From an archaeon (GTDB taxonomy: Archaea; Undinarchaeota; CAZHTU01; JBDRCC01), in the NCBI GenBank assembly GCA_043822065.1, contig JBDRCC010000002.1, forward strand, positions 1-49,383: DNA of 49,383 bases. Reading direction: 5' to 3'. Shown here piece after piece: positions 34,619-43,900 of the stretch. The notes under the pieces are model-generated. The model had not been told where the DNA came from, searched no databases, and worked only from the letters and a program-made list of their open reading frames with translations. The translations under genes were made by a program, and so were the position numbers. Numbering within the stretch: position 1 is the first letter of the stretch; every line of letters begins with the position of its first letter.

Positions 34619-35758
34619 TTAAGCAGTCGTGCAGGATTCGAGGGAAGCGCGGACGACGCGTATTGCCTTGTCTACGTCGGCCTCTTCGACGGTATTGCTA
34701 AGCCGCATTCTGGCGGACGCCTTGGACAGGCGGATTATCCCCTCCACAAAGCGGGGGGTTATCTCCACGAAGTACTTCTTCTCGCGCTTTTTTACCTCGT
34801 AGAGGAACTTCTCAATCTGCTCCTCAAACGCAGTGGAGAATGACGGCAGGCAGGACTTTGAGAATTTTATGTAGTCCATTAAAAAGCCGTAATCCTGGTT
34901 CGCTGCGCGCCTGCCCTCGATGACCTTCTTGCTGATTTTCATGAAGTCTTCAACGGAGTACTGGCGCAGGACGAAAACAAGGTGAAATCGGGTCAGCAGG
35001 GCCGGGTCAAATGGTATCTGCTTCCGCATATTTTTTCCAAATTTGTCGCCAATGGGGTTTGCGGCGGCGAGAATGGAGCACCGGGCAGGGAACTGGAAGT
35101 GCGAGCCGCCCTTGTCGTATGAGACATAGCCCTTGCTCATGCTGGAGTAGAGCCCGGCCCGGTCCTGCGGCTTCATCAGGTTCAGCTCGTCGATGCACGC
35201 TATTCCGCCGTTTGCCATTGGCAGGATGCCAGGCATGACCTCCCTTCCCCGCTGGGTTACAGTGAGCCCGGCAGAAGACGTCCCGGAGCCGAGCCCGAAA
35301 GAGGAAATTGGCGAGATCTCTGACGCTGCGTGCAGTATGTCGCTCTTTCCGGTCCCTGGGTCGCCGATTAGCAGTATGTGGAGCTGGTCTGGGCAGAACA
35401 GCTGGAGGGAGACTGCCTCCTTAATTGTGTCAAGGCCGAACAGCTCGGAGGAGAGGATTTTCTGGACGTTGTCCTTGGCAACCGCAGAGAAATTTGAATA
35501 CATCCTTTTGTTTATTTTTGCGTCAAGCCCGGCGTTGTTCAGGTAGAGGAGCTTTTCCCAATCAGAAACGTGCCCGGAATAAGGGTTGCCCTTCTGCATG
35601 ATTTCGCCGCGGAGGGCAAGGAACCGGACAAACTCAGAGTATTCATTTGGAAACCGCGACTTCAGCTTTTCCAGCTTTTCGCGCTCCGCCTTAATGCCGG
35701 AGTAGCCCTTCCGAAGGTGCCTTAGCAGATACAGCGAGGAATAGATTGGCTCAAGCAT
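34619..35758 (-). CDS. MCM-family AAA+ ATPase lacking the canonical N-terminal Zn/OB tier
   Basis: HILLIGDPGTGKS, GSGTSSAGLT, PGILPMANGGIACIDEL, ILAAANP, ALLTRF, ITPR..EGIIRLSKASARMRL. Confidence 0.88.
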   Translation of the reverse strand: MLEPIYSSLYLLRHLRKGYSGIKAEREKLEKLKSRFPNEYSEFVRFLALRGEIMQKGNPYSGHVSDWEKLLYLNNAGLDAKINKRMYSNFSAVAKDNVQKILSSELFGLDTIKEAVSLQLFCPDQLHILLIGDPGTGKSDILHAASEISPISSFGLGSGTSSAGLTVTQRGREVMPGILPMANGGIACIDELNLMKPQDRAGLYSSMSKGYVSYDKGGSHFQFPARCSILAAANPIGDKFGKNMRKQIPFDPALLTRFHLVFVLRQYSVEDFMKISKKVIEGRRAANQDYGFLMDYIKFSKSCLPSFSTAFEEQIEKFLYEVKKREKKYFVEITPRFVEGIIRLSKASARMRLSNTVEEADVDKAIRVVRASLESCTTA

Positions 35759-35811
35759 GGGTGCGCACTATAGTGACCATAAGAAGCAGAAGCTAAAGTT
35801 GTATTAATAGG

Positions 35812-36441
35812 TTAATGCCGGAAGCCGTACTCGCCCAGAAGCGGGACAAAAATGCACCCGCCGTAGTATGTCTTCTCAAGCGCTCCCGCGCTGACTTTTT
35901 CCGCAACGACAAGGGTCTGGAAGCCTGCGCCAATAGGTATCGCCAATTTGCCGCCTATCTTCAGCTGCTCCACAAGGGGCGGAGGTATGTCTGGGGATGC
36001 TGCGGTGACCATTATTCTGTCGTAAGGGACTGCACTTGGGCAGCCTATTGTGCCATCGCCCACAATGACTTCAACGTCATAGCCTGCGCTCCGGAGGTTT
36101 TCTCCGGCAGATTCCGCCAGTTCAGGTATGCGCTCGACGGTTAAGACTGATCCCTTGGGACCAACTAGCTCCTTAAGTACCGCTGCCTGGTAGCCAGAGC
36201 CGGCGCCGACCTCAAGCACCTTTTGCCCTTTGCGGACGTCAAGCTTTTCGGTCATCTCCGCCACCATCAGCGGCTGGGAAATCGTCTGCCCATGCCCTAT
36301 GGGGAGCGGGATGTTGTCCCAAGCAGAGCGCTTGAGGTTTTTGGGCACGAAAAGCGCGCGGTCCACTTTCGACATCGCAAAGAGTATATTTTTTGAAAAG
36401 CCTTCGGCGCGAAGCTCCTGGATTAGCTGGTGCTTATCCAT
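35812..36441 (-). CDS. pcm: Protein-L-isoaspartate O-methyltransferase
   Basis: VDRALFVP, PLPIGHGQTISQP, VLEVGAGSGYQAA, GDGTIG, PYDRIMVTAA, FVPLLG. Start at ATG 36441. Confidence 0.95.
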   Translation of the reverse strand: MDKHQLIQELRAEGFSKNILFAMSKVDRALFVPKNLKRSAWDNIPLPIGHGQTISQPLMVAEMTEKLDVRKGQKVLEVGAGSGYQAAVLKELVGPKGSVLTVERIPELAESAGENLRSAGYDVEVIVGDGTIGCPSAVPYDRIMVTAASPDIPPPLVEQLKIGGKLAIPIGAGFQTLVVAEKVSAGALEKTYYGGCIFVPLLGEYGFRH

Positions 36442-38290
36442 TTTGGTATGCAACAAGGCCCTCTTTGTACAGGAGAACATACGAGCCGCTTAGGTGCTGA
36501 TATGCCGTCAGGGATACCCAAGCGTTTACTTCAGGAGAGTAGTCCATTATTATAAATGCAGTCGGGACGCCATCATAAGAGGTTTCAGTGAATATGTAAT
36601 ACGTGCCCTGCACGTCGCGAACCCATGTTTCAGAGGCGGCATGCCCTTCAGACACGCGCCAATGGGATGATGCTCCCTGCTGGGCCCAGCTGTCCTCCAG
36701 CAGCAGGGGCTTGCCGTCAAGGCTCATGGCGTTAAGGTGCCCGACAAACTTGGAGGAGGGGCGCAGGTCGCCAGGAAGCGACTGGCGCGTCGCAGCCGCG
36801 CGCTCAGTTCTGAATTTTGTGTTTAGCGCGCCCTCGGTTTTAGAATACGACGCGATGTACTCAACAGAGTAGAGCGCGGGGTTTTCATTAGGATTGAAAT
36901 AGACCCCATCCTGCTGAGGCCCCCAAGCGATAATAAGCTCTGCAGTGGACGGGCGGTAGAGGACAGCTGCCGGCGAGTAATTCGAGAGGAGGAAGTCCCT
37001 AAGGCTTGACTGCCTCCAGAAAAAGTCGCTGCTAACCCCGCGGTCGGCAGAGTATCTGGCATCGAAAATATATTTTGGCTTTGATTCGCGCACGCGCGAT
37101 GCGACCTCTTCTGGGTCAATAAGGGCGGCGGCATAAGCTCGTGGGGAAACATCGACAAGGTTGTCCGCAATTTCCGCCCCAGACAGCAGCGCTAAATGTG
37201 CGGCGATTGAGGCGCTTGTGTCATAAAGAGTATCCTCTGGCTGGACGGAGAGGATTTGGTAGAAAGGGGTGAATGTATCTGTGTCCTTATAGCCAACGAT
37301 GCTGCGCATTGGGTAAGCAAGGCTGATGCATATGATGAGAAGGATAAGTACGGTTGCCTCGCGCTTGCGGCTTTTCAGCCCGCCGACCATGGAGAAAATT
37401 GCGTAGCCAGAAAGGAGTGCGAAAAATGGCAGCGAGTAGGATATGTACCAGGACAGCACCTCGGTAGGGAGCAGAAGCCATAGGAATGCGCTAAGCGCAG
37501 CAAAGCATACAAGGTCCATCCTCTCGTTCCGTTTTCCGCTGCGCAAGTAAAGCGCCCCTGCAAACAGCCCAAACAGCACCAACGCAGGCTGGCCAGCCAG
37601 TATTGTATAAAACCCGGACAGCCCAACGCCAAGTGGGCTGCCCTGCTTGCTGAAATGGTAGAGCACGGTGTCCCGCAGGAAGTTTGGGGTGAGCAGGAGC
37701 ATCGCTACAAGGGGGGACGCCAGAATTGCGCCCTTGAAGAAGCCGGCGCGCCGCTTGTAGAGGTTGTGAACAAGCAGGAGAATCATCGCGGGGAAGGACG
37801 TGTACCTTGCAATGCCTGCCAGCACAAGGCTGAATCCGGACGCTGCAAATTTTTTCTCAATCGTCAGGTAGAACGCGAGGACAAGGAGGAATGTGTTCAG
37901 GGAAGCGCCGCCAAACCAGTGGGTTGTCTCCTGGAAGGCAGGGGAGCAGAATAGCAAAACTGCCGCGGCTATCCCAAGATGCTTCTTCATTTTCTCCCCT
38001 ATGAGGTAGGTGAGGAGCAGTGTGCCGGCGCCTGCCAGAACGGGAATGATGAGGGCAACGGGGTAGGAGGCGCCAAAAACCGCGAAAAGCCCCGCGGCAA
38101 GGTAGAGCATCAGCGGCGGGCTGGCGAAAACAAAATCCCGGTACGGGGCTTCGCCCTCGGAAACGAGCCGCGCCATGTAGGCGTAGAGGTTTGCGTCGTC
38201 CTCCACGTTGTGGGCATACGGGATTACTGCAACCTTAAAAATAAGAAAGAGCGCAATAAGCGCGATTATGGCAGCATGGCGCCTTGGCAT
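36434..38290 (-). CDS. GT-C fold (ArnT/PMT-like, GT39/83-type) membrane glycosyltransferase with C-terminal soluble domain
   Basis: First-loop EDDANLY..MARLV..G..PYRDF...PP; many TM helices; soluble tail. Confidence 0.8.
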   Translation of the reverse strand: MPRRHAAIIALIALFLIFKVAVIPYAHNVEDDANLYAYMARLVSEGEAPYRDFVFASPPLMLYLAAGLFAVFGASYPVALIIPVLAGAGTLLLTYLIGEKMKKHLGIAAAVLLFCSPAFQETTHWFGGASLNTFLLVLAFYLTIEKKFAASGFSLVLAGIARYTSFPAMILLLVHNLYKRRAGFFKGAILASPLVAMLLLTPNFLRDTVLYHFSKQGSPLGVGLSGFYTILAGQPALVLFGLFAGALYLRSGKRNERMDLVCFAALSAFLWLLLPTEVLSWYISYSLPFFALLSGYAIFSMVGGLKSRKREATVLILLIICISLAYPMRSIVGYKDTDTFTPFYQILSVQPEDTLYDTSASIAAHLALLSGAEIADNLVDVSPRAYAAALIDPEEVASRVRESKPKYIFDARYSADRGVSSDFFWRQSSLRDFLLSNYSPAAVLYRPSTAELIIAWGPQQDGVYFNPNENPALYSVEYIASYSKTEGALNTKFRTERAAATRQSLPGDLRPSSKFVGHLNAMSLDGKPLLLEDSWAQQGASSHWRVSEGHAASETWVRDVQGTYYIFTETSYDGVPTAFIIMDYSPEVNAWVSLTAYQHLSGSYVLLYKEGLVAYQNG

Positions 38291-38321
38291 GCGCTAAGGA
38301 TAGAAGTTTTCTATAAATAGT

Positions 38322-40121
38322 TTACTTCAGCAGCTCCCGGTATGCCTTGTCCACCGGGACGTCCTTGGCAACTGGGCCGGAGTCGAAAACCTTGCCGTTC
38401 TTTTTTATGTACTCATAAAGGTGGGCTATGTTGGGGAGCTCCCTCTCGTTTGCTATGTCCTTGGAGCCGATGACGATGAGCTTTGACTCCGCCCGGCTTA
38501 TCGCGACGTTCAGCAGGTTGGGCTTGAATATCTTGAACCTGTCCCGGGTCCGGAAGAAGGCGCGGTCAAGGACGGGGTTGTAGATGACCACCTTGTTCTG
38601 CCTGCCCTGGAAGGAATGGACCGTCTTTGAGTTTATGAATTCTATGGAGTCGAACGAGCCTACCCCGAACATCTCGCGGAGGGTTTCCTTTATCAGCTCG
38701 GTCTGGAGGCGGTAGGGCGCAATGACTGCCATGTCCTCCGGCTTGTACTTAAGCGCGCTGACAAAGTGGTAGTAGACCGCCGCGCAAACCGCCGCGTCGT
38801 GCGGGTTGCAGTAGGAGTAGTTTGTCCCGTACTTCCGCCAGTTTCCTGACGATTCCCCTGCAGTGTCAACCCAGACGATTGGCTCGTCCGGCGAGGTAAC
38901 GGCTCCGAGGTCGCTGTTGTCTGTGTGCGACAGCTTTCTGTCCGCCACAGAGGGGTGCGTTTTTATCTTCCCTTCATAGAACTCGCTGGAGATAAAGTCC
39001 GCAATCCTCTTGTTCGACCTGAACTGGGTGTCGAGGAGGACGCTGTTCGCCTTCCTTGACATGAGCATTTCGAAAAGCGATTTTTTCGCGAATTGGTTGA
39101 GCCTGGCATTGAACGGCGCGCTGTCCCGCGCGGAGAGGAGTATGGGCTCGAGCTGCTTGTGGTCGCCGACCAGGACTGCGCGCCTGGCGTTGAGCAAACC
39201 TAAGAGGCTCAGGGGAAATGATGCCATGCTTGCCTCGTCTATGATTGCAAGGTCAAAGAACGGCACTTCCCAGTCAAGAAGCCCCGCAAGGTACATGTGC
39301 CCAAGCTTTGAGAGCGTGGCGCCCATTACCTTGCACTGCTTTAGCTCGCGCCCCACCACTTCAGAATAATTCTTGTCGTCCTCCTGCTCAGGCATCAGGT
39401 CGTGGACCTTTGCGCTTGTCTTGAGGGTGCTCCCGAGCCGCAGAACGCCAGCCCTCTGGTGTATCTTTTCCATTGCGTTGTCTATCGCGACGTTGGTGTG
39501 GGAAGTGAGGAGCACCCGCCAGCCCTTGGTGTTCCGCAGGATTTCGGCTATTGTCGTTGTCTTCCCTGTCCCGGGCGGCCCGTGTATGAGGCAGAACTGG
39601 TTTTCTTCCATCCCAAGGACCATCCCGACTGCGGAAGCCTGCGCAGGCGTCAGGCTGCAGTCCACCGCCTTTGGCTTTATCGGCGCGGCCCGCTTGCCGT
39701 GGAAGAGCGCCTCGCCGAGGCTGTACATGCTGTCTGCGTAGCCCTCGCAGAAAAAGTCGACAGCCATCTTCTGTATGCCTATTGTCGAGTCCTCCGGCAT
39801 TTCAAGGCATATCTTCTCCCCTGGCTTGAAAATCCCGGCGCGCCTGTCCTCGGTAATCAGCTGGACCTCGCGGTCGCCGGTGCGGCTGACGTAAAAGAAC
39901 GGGACGACCATGTTGTACTTCCTCGCATTCAGGGGCTCGAGGTACTTGAATACCGGCTTCCGCGTCAGGCGGACGGTGAAGACCTGGTAGGTAATCTTCC
40001 GGCGGACCTCCTGGTCGATAGACTTGATTGTGGCTTTGTAGTCCCCCCGACCCTTGTACTTTGAGGCGGCCTCGAGCTCCATCTCTAGCAGGGTGTCAAA
40101 GTCTGACTTTAGTAAATCCAT
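38322..40121 (-). CDS. Superfamily 1 helicase, DNA2/NAM7 (Upf1-like)
   Basis: IHGPPGTGKT, SHTNVAIDN, IIDEASM, LVGDHKQLEP, QFRS, IAPYRLQ, TVHSFQGRQ, LNVAISRA. Confidence 0.92.
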   Translation of the reverse strand: MDLLKSDFDTLLEMELEAASKYKGRGDYKATIKSIDQEVRRKITYQVFTVRLTRKPVFKYLEPLNARKYNMVVPFFYVSRTGDREVQLITEDRRAGIFKPGEKICLEMPEDSTIGIQKMAVDFFCEGYADSMYSLGEALFHGKRAAPIKPKAVDCSLTPAQASAVGMVLGMEENQFCLIHGPPGTGKTTTIAEILRNTKGWRVLLTSHTNVAIDNAMEKIHQRAGVLRLGSTLKTSAKVHDLMPEQEDDKNYSEVVGRELKQCKVMGATLSKLGHMYLAGLLDWEVPFFDLAIIDEASMASFPLSLLGLLNARRAVLVGDHKQLEPILLSARDSAPFNARLNQFAKKSLFEMLMSRKANSVLLDTQFRSNKRIADFISSEFYEGKIKTHPSVADRKLSHTDNSDLGAVTSPDEPIVWVDTAGESSGNWRKYGTNYSYCNPHDAAVCAAVYYHFVSALKYKPEDMAVIAPYRLQTELIKETLREMFGVGSFDSIEFINSKTVHSFQGRQNKVVIYNPVLDRAFFRTRDRFKIFKPNLLNVAISRAESKLIVIGSKDIANERELPNIAHLYEYIKKNGKVFDSGPVAKDVPVDKAYRELLK

Positions 40122-40179
40122 CCCTCAGTAGGAAGGGAAAGGATGTATTTAATTAATTCTCTGCTGCGTAAAAGCGCAG

Positions 40180-40911
40180 TTATCTCTTCTTGGACTGGAG
40201 CCTTGCGATTTCGCCGTGGACCTTGGCTTTCCGCGCCTCGTGGCTGGTCCGCATGTGCCTGTATTCCTCGTCGCCTATTGTCTTGTGCTTGTAGTACTTC
40301 TCGTCGATTGCTGAGATTAGATTGTCAAGCTCCTTGGATTCCTCAGAGAGTGATTTAAGCCGGAAATTAACGTATTTTCCATGAAGCGGCTTGTAGCTTA
40401 TTATGGCAATGAGCGCCAGAACTGCAAAGAACGCAGTAACCTGCTTCCAGTTTGTCCTCAAAAAGGCAGATAGCCTTGCCCGCACCGGCTGGTGCTGGAT
40501 GGAAACTGCCTCCTGGGCGAGCCGCATCGCCTCGGTGTAATCCGCGCTTGAGAATGCGCGGTCGGCCAGTGCAAGGACAGTATTGGAGTCGGTAACATCA
40601 AGCCCTTTTTTGGAGTCCTCATAAACCTTGTTTTTTGCCTCGTTTATCACGTCAAAAGCCTCGAACGCAGCCTTTTTTGTCGAGCTGACCTGGTTGCAAA
40701 GCTGGACGACCTGGCCGTAGTAGCCGCGGTCATTTGCAGTAAGCGCCTGGAAGTAGGTGTCGTTGACGATTTTTACATTGAAGCCGGCTTTTGACATCAC
40801 GCTTATGTCCTGCCCGGCGGCAGCTATCGCGGCCTGGGCGTCTTCCGCAGTCTGCGCCATGGCAATGGCTGACAGAAGGAGAACCGCTGCAAATGCGTAT
40901 TTTACCCTCAT
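40180..40911 (-). CDS. Exported single-pass membrane protein, paralog of the C-terminal anchor module of the giant surface protein
   Basis: Signal peptide, helical ectodomain, TM, cytoplasmic coiled coil; ATGA overlap with the giant gene stop. Confidence 0.85.
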   Translation of the reverse strand: MRVKYAFAAVLLLSAIAMAQTAEDAQAAIAAAGQDISVMSKAGFNVKIVNDTYFQALTANDRGYYGQVVQLCNQVSSTKKAAFEAFDVINEAKNKVYEDSKKGLDVTDSNTVLALADRAFSSADYTEAMRLAQEAVSIQHQPVRARLSAFLRTNWKQVTAFFAVLALIAIISYKPLHGKYVNFRLKSLSEESKELDNLISAIDEKYYKHKTIGDEEYRHMRTSHEARKAKVHGEIARLQSKKR

Positions 40912-43900
40912 TTCTCGTCCTCGCCTTTGGCGGTGCGCTTTAGGCGGTCGTGCGAATGCCTGTGGCGGGCTATTGCGTCGGAAAGCTCGCCAAGGTGCAC
41001 CTTGGGAAGGTGAATGTGCGTGTCTTTTTTAATGATTTTGGCTGGCGCCGGGCGCTGAACGGGTATCCGCTCGGGCGGAAGGCTCCGGTGGAGGTGATGC
41101 AGCTCCATCCTCCTAACCTTCGGCTCCTTATAAAGCGCAGGGGCTGGCGGCTTGGGCGCCGGAGCCTGCTGGGCTGCGGCATGGCGCCTTGCGAGCTCAA
41201 GCTCTATCTCCCGCTTTGGAGGTGCGGGAGCTGGCGCGGGTGCCTTCGCCGGCAGCAGCCGCTTCTTCAGCGGAATGTACTCCATCTCCGGCTTCTGCGG
41301 CTTTTTCTTCTTCTCCGTGAGGGCTTTCATCGCCCGCTCTGCAGCCTCAATCTCCTTTCTGAGCTTTTCAGCCTCTGCCTCCTTTTTCGCGATTTCGCGG
41401 CGGTTTGCCTCTATGTCCTTCTTGATTTTTCTCTCTGCCTCCTTTTTCTCCTTCAGGGACGCTATCTCCTTCCTTATCCTGTCAATCTCTTTCCTGCCCT
41501 CGGCAACCTTCTTCTGGAGCTTCGAGCGCATTGCCGCCTCTTCCTGCTTGACCGCGCTGGTCTGCTCCTCGTATTTTGTCCTCAGCTCCACGTACTCCCT
41601 GCTGCCGAGGCTCTTCTCCACATAGTACTCCTTGTCGGTCTTGTCTATCAGCTTCTCAAGCTCCTTCTCCTCGCGCTCGAGCGACTTGACGCGGCGGGTT
41701 ATTATCGCAATTGATGTGTGCTTGTATCCGCCGACCACCAGCATCAGGGTGAGCAGGAACACCAGCGAGAACATCCTGCAGTTCGCAAGCACTGTGTCGA
41801 TTATCGTCCTTGACGGCGCCGCAACCATCGCAGAAACCCGGAACTGCATCAGGAGGGTCTCCATGGCAAGCTTCTCTGCGGTGGCATAATCCTCATTCTG
41901 GAAGGCGGCTATCGCCTGGTCCAGCACCTTCTTTGCGAGGGATACGTCGGCGCCGCCAGCCTCGGACTCGGTCAGCCGCGCCTTCGCCTCGTTTATCATG
42001 CTGTTCACCTCAATCGCCTTCTCGCGCCTCTGCTGTATCTCGCCGGCCAGTTCGGCAGCCTTGCCATAGTCGCCTTCTGCAAGCGCGTCAAGCGCCTGCT
42101 GGTAGAGGTCCTCCGCAAGCATGGTTCCGAAGCCTGCGCTCTGCATGACGAGTATGTCCTCGTTTGCAGACTTGATTTCCTCTTCGGCAACGTCTTTTCC
42201 AACCTTAAAGACAACTAGCTGGGTCCTGAAAGTCTGCGATGATTTTTCAGAGGAGACTTTCATCTTTAGCGGGTAGCTGCCTTCGTCAAAGTAGTACGGT
42301 ACTGAGATCTCAATTGTGAAGTAGGCGCTCGCCCCAGACTTGAGTGAGCGGGGCGCAGTTATTGTGCGCACATACTGGGCAACAGAGCCTTCAAAGGACA
42401 CTGAAACTGAGCTGTAGTCTGACGCGCCCGTGTTCCGGACAAGCACGCGCATGGTCTTTTTTACCCCGCGCGTGGCGTCAATTTGGTCTGGCAGATCAGA
42501 AGAGAATGGCCCAGCAGAAACCGCGACCACACCTCCGCCGCCTGCGCCAGGAGAGACGCCGCCACCTGTGTCTATTATAGTCTCCCCGCCGCCAGTGCTT
42601 GGCCTGAATTCAACAGACGAAACCAAGAGCGCACCCCTTCCGACGGAGTTGTTCGCGTATGCAGTGAAATTCCTTGTGCCGAGCGAGGCGCTGCTGCTGA
42701 CATCAACGAGTATCGAGTGGTCGTAGTACTGGTTCGGAAGCAGGCTTCCATATGTCCGGTTTAGGCTGTAGCCGGACACAAGTGACATCCCGCTTGGGAG
42801 GGCCAGGTTTGAGTATGTGGACGCCGATGTCTCGTTGCCGATGTTCCGTATCCTCGCAGTGTAATTGACGTTTGTATCCCCTTGGGTGACTGAGGAGTCA
42901 AAGACTGGGAGGATTATGTCAAGGAACGGACCGCCTGCAAATACCTCAACCGTTGCGTTGGTCTCAAGTATCTGCGGGGTGGCTTCGGCGTCGCTGCTTG
43001 TTATGTTTATCAGTATGGTGTGTGTGCTGGTCACTGTCGGGGCAGTAAGATTGAGCATTAAGTCTTCACCCTCTCCGGCTGCAAGGCTTACGGAGGCAGG
43101 TATCGTTATGCTTGCGAACGCAGGGAACTCGGAATAGGCTATCGTAAAAGTGGCTGCAAAATCGCCAGTGTTGTTTATCGTCAGGTTGCCGAAGTTTATT
43201 GCCTGCGAATAGACCGCGCCGGCAGTGTACATGTTTGCCGGGCTCCGCTCCCAGGTGTGCTCGTACGCAACGTCGAGTGTGGCATTCGCCGTGAAGTTCT
43301 GGTTGCCGCTCGTGTCGTTTGCAAACAGGTAGAACGACCAGTTCCCGGCATAGGACGGCGTGAAGTTAGCATAGTACCTGTTTCCGGAAACGCGAGCGAA
43401 CGAAGCCTCGGACCAAGAGGTCGTGTTCAATTCCCTGTACCTGAGCAGGGTATAGTTAAGCCCGCCGTAGTCGTACATATCAACCAGCACTCCGACGGTG
43501 ACATTCGGGTCAAGCCCTGCCGTCGTGTTCGGCGAGTAGGTCAGGTTCTGGACGACGGGCTGGCTGGTGTCCCGGACTGTGAAATTGTATATGGGTGTGG
43601 TATTCCCATTGCCAAGGGTGTCATTCTTGAAGAATGTAAAGTTGTACCCTCCGAGCACAGACGGGTAGAATGTGTAATTGTACCTGCCCGCGCCTGCCGT
43701 CACCATCGAGCTGTTTGTGCCGTTGACGTAGACAAGGACAGTATCCACAGATGAAACCCCGTCCACCACCGTGGCCCAGATTGTCTGGAGGCTGCCTGCC
43801 TCAAGCGGGTCTGTCGAGGAGACCAAGGAGTGCCGCGGCGGCTCAGTGTCGACGAAGAAGGTGACCGAACTTGAGCCGACGAAGCCTGCGCTGTCGTTTG

